The notes under the pieces: generated by a model
Seen by the model: the letters and a program-made list of their open reading frames with translations, nothing else
Databases searched by the model: none
Told to the model about the DNA's origin: nothing
Position numbers and translations under genes: made by a program
Assembly: GCA_947632115.1 (NCBI GenBank)
Contig: CANROB010000003.1
Coordinates: forward strand, 14,919 to 78,918
Reading direction: 5' to 3'
Length of the DNA: 64,000 nucleotides
From: an uncultured Bacilli bacterium
GTDB taxonomy: Bacteria > Bacillota_I > Bacilli_A > RF39 > UBA660
Shown: piece by piece, positions 10,079 through 18,071 of the stretch
Position numbering within the stretch: the stretch's first letter is position 1
Layout: every line of letters begins with the position of its first letter

Positions 10079-10910
10079 TCACAGAGGCTAAAATAGATAT
10101 GGTATTTTGAACCTCTTCATAAGTGTTTTGATTTCCCCCTAATTCGATTAAAATCATATTGGGCCCTAAATCCTGATTATAGATACCATTTACATTCGAC
10201 CCTGTTTGAAGAAGAATGCCACGACTCAGTTTTGGAAATTGTTCCTCTAAAAGAGCATTTATCTTTTCTGCCACAGCATAATTGGCTTCGTAGGTAACGT
10301 TTTTCCCGCCAATTACAAATAAGACTTTCGCATAACTTTTGCCATCTCTTTCTATAGTAGAAGATTTTTTACTAACCGCATCTCGATGTAGGTCAATCAC
10401 AAGATCATAAGAAGATTTTTGTAAGGCATCTAAAATAAAGATACGACTTACCTTATAGCTTTCATAATAGGCATAGTTATTCATCCGAACAAACTCCTGA
10501 ATGTTTTGTTCCTCTAAAGTAACATCTACTTGTTTTTCTTTTAAGGATTTTTGAAATGCTAAAGAGGCCTCCGTGATAGATTCTTTTCCCGCATATGTCT
10601 CTTCATTATGGGTACTATAAAGATATACTTTCGGATATTTTGGATTGGTAGATGCAAAAATTACCTTTTTTATCGGTTTTGCGTGTCCCCGATAACTAAG
10701 AAGAACGGTTGGTTGATTAATCGTATTTTCTTTTACTTTTTCATAAAAAGACTTTCCTAAATCCTTCACACTAAAATAAGACGTTGGTGAGGTATCTACT
10801 AGGGTATAAATACAAAACTTAATCAGTAAATACGTAAATAAGAGCAAGAAAAAGTATTCAATAAGCCATTTCTTTTTTAATCTTTTCTTCGATTCAAATC
10901 GTTTTGTCAT
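10047..10910 (-). CDS. spoIIP: stage II sporulation protein P (SpoIIP-family amidase)
   Basis: N-terminal TM helix, then motifs YLYSTHNEETY, DLHRD, VLFVIGGKN, FPKLSRGI, IYNQDL and ILIELGGNQNT, which match the SpoIIP family pattern. Confidence 0.85.
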   Translation of the reverse strand: MTKRFESKKRLKKKWLIEYFFLLLFTYLLIKFCIYTLVDTSPTSYFSVKDLGKSFYEKVKENTINQPTVLLSYRGHAKPIKKVIFASTNPKYPKVYLYSTHNEETYAGKESITEASLAFQKSLKEKQVDVTLEEQNIQEFVRMNNYAYYESYKVSRIFILDALQKSSYDLVIDLHRDAVSKKSSTIERDGKSYAKVLFVIGGKNVTYEANYAVAEKINALLEEQFPKLSRGILLQTGSNVNGIYNQDLGPNMILIELGGNQNTYEEVQNTISILASVIGEYLYGKEV

Positions 10911-10976
10911 AATCCCTCCTCACTATTTATATACTCTATCCTTCCTAAAAAATATGTCACAAAAAAAGAAGAATTA

Positions 10977-11666
10977 CTATTCTTCCTCTATTTGTTCAAT
11001 CAGTTCTTTTATATTTTTAACAGTTCCTTTAGAGACTTTCAATAAATCTTCCGAGCAACCTGGGAAAGTATATCCTTGATAAGCTTCAATCATCGCATAA
11101 TCATTAAAACCATCGCCAATCGTATAAATATCTTTTTTATCATAGTGGTAAGTCTCCGCTAAATAATCAATAGCATTCTTTTTTGAGACAGACTTATCAA
11201 AAAGATTAATCCAATTGGTACTCATATAACCATTGACATCAGGATATTTACGCAAAATAGTATCTAGTGTTTGCAGAGCTTCTTCACGGTTATATGGCCT
11301 TGCAATGATTCCATTTGCACATTTACTCGTATCCGTAACATATCCATGAGAAGTATCAATAAAAGTCTCAATCATATTTTCATCATCTTTTAGGGCATAA
11401 TAAATAGGTCTTACTAGTTCCTGTTTGATATCTTTCCGATATAAGACATTAAAATATTTATCAAAGATGACAGCTCCATCATTACAAATGTAATACTCAC
11501 ATTCGACATCAATCATACTGAGATCTTCCGCTAAATAATTCATAGCCCGTCCTGTTGCAATAATAAATTTATTGCCATGACGAACAAAATCATGAATTGC
11601 TTTTACATTTTCTTCTAAATCTTTTCCATATAAGGTACCATCAAAATCGCTAACAATTACTTTCAT
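10977..11666 (-). CDS. HAD-superfamily (Cof-type, IIB) hydrolase
   Basis: Begins VSDFDGTL (motif I), with TGR (motif II) and GDGFNDYAM (motif IV). Confidence 0.85.
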   Translation of the reverse strand: MKVIVSDFDGTLYGKDLEENVKAIHDFVRHGNKFIIATGRAMNYLAEDLSMIDVECEYYICNDGAVIFDKYFNVLYRKDIKQELVRPIYYALKDDENMIETFIDTSHGYVTDTSKCANGIIARPYNREEALQTLDTILRKYPDVNGYMSTNWINLFDKSVSKKNAIDYLAETYHYDKKDIYTIGDGFNDYAMIEAYQGYTFPGCSEDLLKVSKGTVKNIKELIEQIEEE

Positions 11667-11675
11667 AGATCACCT

Positions 11676-12218
11676 CTAACTAATTAATGCTTGAGAAATC
11701 ATATCTCCTAAATTATGAAATGTATCCACCAAAAGATACCATTTGGCTTTCCAAAAAGAGCCAAAACTCTTTTCGTTATGAATAATAATCAAAAACTCTT
11801 CTCCAATCGTTTCCACAAACGTTTTTGCATGATATCTTTCAAAGCGCTTCGCTAAAACCTTGGAATCAATATATTTTGAACTTCCATAAAGATAGAGTTT
11901 TTTTCGATTGATATAAACACTGTCATAAAGAAAATATTTAAAATAATCATAGATTTCATTGAGGTTACAAACGATGTAATCAACTGATTTCTTTTTAAAT
12001 TTTTTCCGTAATTTTTTCATATTAATTTTCTGGCTGCCATTCAATTTTGCTTTTTTATTTCGAGAGAATAATCCTTTATGGGGATTTCGGTCAATGGAAT
12101 AGAGGCTAATTTTAGAATTTTTCATCAATTGACGAATGATTTTTTGATCCGTCACTCCAATACAAAGAACATTTCCTGTAAAACTCTTTAAATCCTTATT
12201 TAATCTTTCCATAGACAT
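11676..12218 (-). CDS. hypothetical protein
   Basis: 180-aa basic ORF in an operon-like position. I recognise no motif. Confidence 0.6.
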   Translation of the reverse strand: MSMERLNKDLKSFTGNVLCIGVTDQKIIRQLMKNSKISLYSIDRNPHKGLFSRNKKAKLNGSQKINMKKLRKKFKKKSVDYIVCNLNEIYDYFKYFLYDSVYINRKKLYLYGSSKYIDSKVLAKRFERYHAKTFVETIGEEFLIIIHNEKSFGSFWKAKWYLLVDTFHNLGDMISQALIS

Positions 12219-12893
12219 CTAATCCTCTATTTCTTTTCGAACAATATAACTCGCACAAAGCATACCTGCAGTTGCCGGAACAAAAGAGTTAGAAGGAATT
12301 ACTTTCTCATTTTGAACTTGTTTTGCTTCCTTGCTAGAAACTACCATAATCTTCCCTTTTAATTTCGCATCTTTTACCATTTTACGAAGTTTTTTAGCCA
12401 AAGGATCATAGCTTGTTTTTTCAAGTTCTGTTATTTCTAATTGCGAAGGATCTAGTTTATTTCCTGTTCCCATACAAGAGATAAATGGAATATTTCTAGC
12501 TAGACATGATTCGATAAGAGAAAACTTTGTTTTTAAAGTATCACAGGCATCTACCACATAATCGATATTCTCTAGATAGTTATCTAAATTGTTTTGGGTA
12601 AGAAATTCATAAGATACATCTACCCTTGTACCTAATCCCATATCTTCTATTCGTTCTTTTAAAACATCGACTTTATATTTTCCAAGGGTACTTTTTAAAG
12701 CAACAATCTGTCGGTTGATATTTGACTCTTCTACAGTATCATGATCTATTAAATAAAGGTATCCAATGCCAGATCTAGCAAGCGCTTCAACAGCATAACC
12801 GCCTACTCCCCCAACACCAACTACTAAAACGCGAGTGCCATGTAATTTTTCGATTTTATCTTCGCCAACAAGAAGACTTAAACGTTCTAACAT
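12219..12893 (-). CDS. tcdA: tRNA threonylcarbamoyladenosine dehydratase (ThiF/TcdA family)
   Basis: VLVVGVGGVGGYAVEALARSG Rossmann motif, with size and sequence typical of the YgdL/TcdA subgroup of E1-like enzymes. Confidence 0.8.
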   Translation of the reverse strand: MLERLSLLVGEDKIEKLHGTRVLVVGVGGVGGYAVEALARSGIGYLYLIDHDTVEESNINRQIVALKSTLGKYKVDVLKERIEDMGLGTRVDVSYEFLTQNNLDNYLENIDYVVDACDTLKTKFSLIESCLARNIPFISCMGTGNKLDPSQLEITELEKTSYDPLAKKLRKMVKDAKLKGKIMVVSSKEAKQVQNEKVIPSNSFVPATAGMLCASYIVRKEIED

Positions 12894-13252
12894 CCTGTCT
12901 CACTAACTGAAAAATTAGTATATTTTCCGGTACTGGCATTAAACTCGTAACGAATACCCCAATGATCTTCAATATTTTTAGAAGTCTCTTCTGAAGCATT
13001 AGGAATAGGTGCTTCTGTATAGTTATTATCTATTAAGGTACGTACTAAAACACATCCTGTTGCCCCACTAGGCTGCGTATCGTTCACATACGTTTTGGCA
13101 TTGGCAATCAAAAGTTCTTTAGTAGCTTCAGTAATCTCGCTATCTGATTTTTTAATAGCTCCTAAAATACTTGGAAACGCAACTAAGATAATCACACTTA
13201 AAAGAACTAAAACCGCTAACAATTCCACTAAACTAAACCCATTTTCCCGCAT
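12887..13252 (-). CDS. prepilin-type N-terminal cleavage/methylation domain protein (pseudopilin/ComGC-like)
   Basis: The ATG at 13252 follows an AGGAGAG RBS. The N-terminus MRENGFSLVELLAVLVLLSVIIL is the class III signal (G/F-x-x-x-E plus a hydrophobic helix). The track's longer N-terminal extension is rejected. Confidence 0.8.
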   Translation of the reverse strand: MRENGFSLVELLAVLVLLSVIILVAFPSILGAIKKSDSEITEATKELLIANAKTYVNDTQPSGATGCVLVRTLIDNNYTEAPIPNASEETSKNIEDHWGIRYEFNASTGKYTNFSVSETGC

Positions 13253-13313
13253 AAAATCTCTCCTATTCAACACTAATATTGTATCACACTTATAAGCAAA
13301 AAAACAAGTAAAA

Positions 13314-14711
13314 TTACTTGTTTGATTGCCCACTACTCTTTTTTAATTCAAAATAGAAAATAGAGCCATGTGGGGTAGCAGAAATAACTCCATAAGGAAG
13401 ATGATATCCATCTAATATTTTTTTCACAATGGCAAGACCTAATCCAGTCCCAACACGATTCCTTTTATGCTTTTTAGAAGAGTGATAATACTTATTCCAA
13501 ATATTTGGAATTTCTTCATCAGGAATTCCGGGACCTGAATCTTCTATTTCTACTCTTACAGTATCTTCTTTTTCAATGACACGAATACAAACGGTTTTAT
13601 CATCCCCGGTATAATTAATCGCATTATTTAAAAGATTATAAATGACTTGTTCTGTTCTTTTTTTATCGGCTAAGACAGATACTTCCTTTTCCTCATAAAG
13701 GAACTGATACTCTTCTTTTTCTAAAAGAACTTGATACTTCTCTAAAATAGAAAGAATCATGGTATTTAAAGAAAATTCCGTGTTTTCTAATGGGATTGTT
13801 TCTGCTTGCATACTAGAAAGCGTCAAAATATCATCTACTAACGCATTCAAGCGCTCACTTTCCTCAATAATGACATTGAGATTCTCCGTTCTTTTTTTCT
13901 TATCTTTATAAGTTAAATCTCTTACCATCTCCGCATAAGCTTTGATCATTGTTAAAGGGGTTTTTAAATCATGACTGACATTGGCCATTAAATCTCTTCG
14001 TAATTCTTCTGTTTTCAAAAATTCTTGACTCATTTGATCCAAACTATTTTCCAAGTTTTGAATTTCTTTAATATCTGTATTAGATTGGAAGTGCTCATCA
14101 TAATTTCCTTTGGTCATAGAAATAGCTAAAGAACTCATTTTTTCTATGGGTTTAGAAATGTTTTTCGCTAGATAAAAAGAAACTAAAACAGAAAGAGCCA
14201 TGACAAGGACAGAAATAATAGAAAGTTGCTTTTTTAAAAGATGTGTTGCCGAATCTAGGGGTTCCATCGAAACACTAAAATAAGCCTGGGTATAAGAATT
14301 TAGTTTCAAGGCATAAATTAGAACCTCATTATTATATTTTTTGTTTTCAACCCGGTAAGCCTTGATAGTCTCATCACTTTCGACAAAATCTTTCCGGTAA
14401 AGGTCACTTCCTTGAATAATGCAGCCTCGATTAAAACTCATAGAGTGATAGGCCTGATATCCATTTTTCTCAATGGAAATACAAATGCCCTCATCATAGG
14501 CAAGAGAATCTAGTTTTTCATAAAAATCTTCTTGGCCATAAAGTTCTGGGATTTCATCGACAATTGCTTTTAATTCAGAACTTTTATGAAATTCATAATA
14601 GGTATCAAAAAAAAGGACTTCCACTAACCAAAGAGACGCTAAAATAAAAAGGGAAAAGAAAAAGAAGAAAAGCCAAATTTTACTACGAAGAGACTTTTTC
14701 GTCGCTTTCAA
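13314..14711 (-). CDS. sensor histidine kinase (two TM helices, HAMP, HisKA, HATPase_c)
   Basis: H-box VSHDLKTPLT, N-box LLNNAINYT, and G-boxes DSGPGIP / GTGLGLAIV. Confidence 0.9.
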   Translation of the reverse strand: MKATKKSLRSKIWLFFFFFSLFILASLWLVEVLFFDTYYEFHKSSELKAIVDEIPELYGQEDFYEKLDSLAYDEGICISIEKNGYQAYHSMSFNRGCIIQGSDLYRKDFVESDETIKAYRVENKKYNNEVLIYALKLNSYTQAYFSVSMEPLDSATHLLKKQLSIISVLVMALSVLVSFYLAKNISKPIEKMSSLAISMTKGNYDEHFQSNTDIKEIQNLENSLDQMSQEFLKTEELRRDLMANVSHDLKTPLTMIKAYAEMVRDLTYKDKKKRTENLNVIIEESERLNALVDDILTLSSMQAETIPLENTEFSLNTMILSILEKYQVLLEKEEYQFLYEEKEVSVLADKKRTEQVIYNLLNNAINYTGDDKTVCIRVIEKEDTVRVEIEDSGPGIPDEEIPNIWNKYYHSSKKHKRNRVGTGLGLAIVKKILDGYHLPYGVISATPHGSIFYFELKKSSGQSNK

Positions 14712-15354
14712 ATTTATATCCCATTCCTCTTACCGTAACAATCCAATCCCGGTATTTTCCCAAATTATTTCTAAGCATTTTAATATGGGTATCAATGGTT
14801 CTATCATCCCCATAAAAATCATATCCCCATACCTGATTTAAGAGTTGTTCTCTGGATAAAGCGATATGTTCATTTTGGATAAAATAGATAAGTAATTCAT
14901 ACTCTTTAGGGGTTAGTTTTACTTCTTTTCCTTCAATTTTTAAAAGATGTCCTTTAAAGTCAAGACAAAAATCTCCTACTTGATAAATTTCTATCTCGCG
15001 ATTTCTACGCAAAACAGCCTTTACTCTGGCTAGTAATTCCCGTGGAGAGAAAGGTTTGGTTAAATAGTCATCAATTCCTAAATCAAACCCCAATAATTTA
15101 TCGTATTCTTCTTTTCTAGCAGAAAGCATAATCACAGGGATATTTTTATCTTTTCTAATCTCTTTTAAAGTGGTATACCCATCTTTTTTAGGCATCATAA
15201 TATCTAAAATCATGAGATCTACTTTTTTCTTGGAAGTAATCTGAATGGCCTCTTCTCCATCAGATGCTTCTAATACTTCATATTTCTCATTTTCCAAGTA
15301 TTCGCGAATCACGTCACGAATAAGCTCTTCGTCATCCACTACTAAAACAGTCAT
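14683..15354 (-). CDS. OmpR-family response regulator
   Basis: Receiver domain (VLVVDDE ... DLMILDIMMPKKDG ... K) plus a winged-helix C-terminus (RTIDTHIKMLRNNL, VRGMGYKF). Start set at the ATG at 15354, after a GAGGTGG RBS. Confidence 0.9.
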   Translation of the reverse strand: MTVLVVDDEELIRDVIREYLENEKYEVLEASDGEEAIQITSKKKVDLMILDIMMPKKDGYTTLKEIRKDKNIPVIMLSARKEEYDKLLGFDLGIDDYLTKPFSPRELLARVKAVLRRNREIEIYQVGDFCLDFKGHLLKIEGKEVKLTPKEYELLIYFIQNEHIALSREQLLNQVWGYDFYGDDRTIDTHIKMLRNNLGKYRDWIVTVRGMGYKFESDEKVSS

Positions 15355-15400
15355 ATTCCACCTCATTTTTACTGTACTTTATTTTTATGAATATTGCGTG

Positions 15401-15428
15401 AAAAAAGGAATATTTCTATTCCTTTTTT
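15401..15428 (-). terminator. rho-independent terminator (flanked by A- and T-runs, so possibly bidirectional)
   Basis: On the minus strand: AAAAAAGGAATA-GAAA-TATTCC followed by TTTTTT. It lies between the NTPase gene and the response regulator gene. Confidence 0.7.
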
Positions 15429-15565
15429 CGTTAGCTGGAGTATTAACAAGAAATTGTTAATAAGGTTTGTAGTAGAAAAGCAACAAGTGAGAGGAGTATT
15501 TCACACTTATCTCTTTCAGCTAACAAATTCATTATAGAATAGAAATATGAAAAGGATGTGAAATT

Positions 15566-16090
15566 TTACCAATTATTATTAATAATGCGAATAAGGGCCA
15601 TCATAAAAGATTCTTGAATCAACTGTTTTCTTGTGATTTTACCATGCGTTAAAAAGCCAATCCCACCTTTATGATGGGTAGAGTCATCTTCTGCAAATAT
15701 CCTATCCATCACTACTCCTAATCCTTCATTGATAATCTCATCTACATATTTCGTAGGAATAGGATAACTAGGAGAAGTAGCATAACTTTCTATTCCCTCT
15801 TTAGACTCGATACCCGCAACACTCGTAATCATCCAAGATTTAAAATAATTATTAATACCAGATTCTACAGCTACATAATAGTCTATATCTAGGTTTTGTT
15901 CCTTCGCATATTTCTTTAAATTTCGAATACGATTATGGGTTCCCGCCCCAATCTCATCATTTAAAGGCATATCTCCTACCTCAGAAGGAACAAAAACATC
16001 AATTACTTCAACATCCTCAAAATAGGTCTCAAAGGCATTTCTGCAGGCTTCTACTTTTACATTGTTTTCTGTTGCTATTAAAATTTTCAT
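15566..16090 (-). CDS. inosine/xanthosine triphosphatase (YjjX/DUF84 family non-canonical NTPase)
   Basis: 174-aa ORF resembling E. coli YjjX over its whole length, including the VAVESGI and KGGIGFLTHGKITR segments. Confidence 0.75.
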   Translation of the reverse strand: MKILIATENNVKVEACRNAFETYFEDVEVIDVFVPSEVGDMPLNDEIGAGTHNRIRNLKKYAKEQNLDIDYYVAVESGINNYFKSWMITSVAGIESKEGIESYATSPSYPIPTKYVDEIINEGLGVVMDRIFAEDDSTHHKGGIGFLTHGKITRKQLIQESFMMALIRIINNNW

Positions 16091-16191
16091 ATCATCACCA
16101 ATGTTATTATATCAACAAATAGAAAAATGCGCAACGGAACTTTTTTCTTTGACGTTCCCTTAATTTATGGTATAATGAGTATGGTGATGAT

Positions 16192-16710
16192 ATGAAAAAA
16201 AATTGGTTATGGTTAGGAGTTCTTGTTCTCCTTTTATCTGGTTGCGAAGAAAAGAAAGAAAATCTAGAAACTGAGTTATCTAATCAGATTACACTAGATA
16301 CAAGTGGTGCGAAAGTAGTTTGTACAATAGATGATGATACCAACCTAGAACAAGGTTATGTAACGGGCGCAAAATTTGCTATCTTTGGTGATGAAAAGGG
16401 AATAGCCACTAAACTCATGAGTATACAAGTTGCTTCTTCTAACGATAAAAAAATTCTAACAGAATTAGAAGACAACTACGAAGATAACAATGAAAAAATG
16501 GCACAGTATGATGGCTATGACGTTTCGCTAAAAGCAGAAGGAAATAAATTAACAGTTACTACTACCATTGATTATACCGCTTTAGATAGTGAAACCCTTG
16601 CGGGAGATAATGAATCTTTAAAAGTTTACCTAAATGAGGATAATCAATTTACAGTAGAATCTTTAAAAGCCATGTTAGTATCGGTTGGTGTTACTTGCCA
16701 AGATCAATAA
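16192..16710 (+). CDS. lipoprotein, unknown function
   Basis: Signal peptide with a lipobox (LLLSGC) followed by an acidic mature domain. Confidence 0.75.
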   Translation: MKKNWLWLGVLVLLLSGCEEKKENLETELSNQITLDTSGAKVVCTIDDDTNLEQGYVTGAKFAIFGDEKGIATKLMSIQVASSNDKKILTELEDNYEDNNEKMAQYDGYDVSLKAEGNKLTVTTTIDYTALDSETLAGDNESLKVYLNEDNQFTVESLKAMLVSVGVTCQDQ

Positions 16711-16733
16711 AAGAGGATTACTCCTCTTTTTTC
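16709..16733 (+). terminator. rho-independent terminator overlapping the 3' codons of convergent queH
   Basis: AAGAGGA-TTAC-TCCTCTT hairpin followed by TTTTT, immediately after the stop at 16710. Confidence 0.7.
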
Positions 16734-17335
16734 TTGCGCTCTTTTAGCGATGCCTCACATCCACAATATTCTTGTCTATATAGTTGATATTCCCGGGAGA
16801 GTTCTAAAGAACGTTTATAACCATTTTTCTTCTTAAAATCAGCTCTTAGATAAGAAACACCATATTTTTTTTCTAGGGCCTCCCCAATTTCATTAATCCA
16901 ATCACTCTTTTTATAAGGGCTAATAGATAAAGTTGTTGTAAAATAGTCAAAAGAGTGACTAGCGGCATAAGAAGCTGCTTCTTCCATCCGAAGGCGATAG
17001 CATTCGTAACACCTTTTACTTCTTTCCCCTAAATTTTTAAGACCTGAAATAGCCTGCTCGTATTCTTCTGGTTGATATCTTGCCTCTTCTAAATGAACAG
17101 GATGAGGATAATTTACTCTTTCTAGAAAATGTTTTAATTCTTGAAATCTCCTTTGATATTCTTCTAAAGGATAAATATTAGGGTTATAGTAGAGAATTGT
17201 AATTTCAAAATAGTTACTTAAGTATTCCAAAACATAACTACTACAAGGCGCACAGCAAGCATGAAGAAGAAGAGATTTGGTATCTCTTCTATCTAAACTC
17301 TTTAACTGTTCTTCTTGGACCTCTTGATAGTTCAT
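16718..17335 (-). CDS. queH: epoxyqueuosine reductase QueH (DUF208)
   Basis: LLLHACCAPCS motif near the N-terminus and conserved downstream Cys residues (RCYECY, EYCGC). Confidence 0.85.
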   Translation of the reverse strand: MNYQEVQEEQLKSLDRRDTKSLLLHACCAPCSSYVLEYLSNYFEITILYYNPNIYPLEEYQRRFQELKHFLERVNYPHPVHLEEARYQPEEYEQAISGLKNLGERSKRCYECYRLRMEEAASYAASHSFDYFTTTLSISPYKKSDWINEIGEALEKKYGVSYLRADFKKKNGYKRSLELSREYQLYRQEYCGCEASLKERKKKEE

Positions 17336-18063
17336 TATTCACAAGCCTCATCACAAGAAGTATCCCCCGCTACTTCTTTCATATAATCAACATAAATTTT
17401 AGATAATTCTTCTTTTTGAGAAGAAGTAAGAGGGTCATAGGAAGTTTGTCCCTCATTTAAATCAACCGTACTAATATGGGCATCTAAAATTTTTCCCTCT
17501 TTTACGCAGACAACCATTGGAACATAGACTCTTTTTTCTCCTACATCGAAAACATTACCCTCACTATCTGTAATCGTATAGTTCGTAAGGTATTCATCCA
17601 TAGCCTTTAATAGGTCATAATATCCTTCTTTTTCTTCTTTCGATTTTACAACCTTGCCATCTTCTACTTTCCAATCATTTTTAATTTGATCCATATCAAA
17701 ATAATAGATTGTTTTAATGCCTACTTCTTTAGCAGCATCAATTAAAACGGAAACGGCATTTCTACACCATGGACATGTAGGTCTTCCAAAATAAAGAATC
17801 GCCGTCCCATGATCTAAAACATTCATAACCTCTTTTAAACTGGCATATTTCATTGGATTTTCTTCTGGAATATCAAGTTCTAAATAACGAGCCGTTTTAG
17901 AGCTATTTTCTTGGTTGTTGTAAGATTCATATTCTTCTTTAAATTTAAGGGCGTCAGAAGCATTAGGAACTTCTTTTTTTTCTTTTAAAGAAGTAGCAAT
18001 CGCAACAAGACCAATAAGGCCTATGAGCACCACAATAATTACTTTTAACGTACTTTCTTTCAT
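17335..18063 (-). CDS. membrane-anchored thioredoxin-fold protein
   Basis: N-terminal TM helix and a CPWC redox motif in a thioredoxin-like context (ILYFGRPTCPWCR). Confidence 0.7.
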   Translation of the reverse strand: MKESTLKVIIVVLIGLIGLVAIATSLKEKKEVPNASDALKFKEEYESYNNQENSSKTARYLELDIPEENPMKYASLKEVMNVLDHGTAILYFGRPTCPWCRNAVSVLIDAAKEVGIKTIYYFDMDQIKNDWKVEDGKVVKSKEEKEGYYDLLKAMDEYLTNYTITDSEGNVFDVGEKRVYVPMVVCVKEGKILDAHISTVDLNEGQTSYDPLTSSQKEELSKIYVDYMKEVAGDTSCDEACE

Positions 18064-18071
18064 AATTTCTC

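Noticed and set aside
15430-15524. The three-helix element upstream of the response regulator resembles a purine riboswitch, because of its size and a GCTTTTCTAC stretch similar to the J2/3 GUUUCUAC.
   Set aside because: The loop sequences needed for the L2-L3 kissing interaction and the conserved J1/2 and J3/1 nucleotides are not present. The downstream genes are not purine-related. I kept it only as an unclassified structured element.
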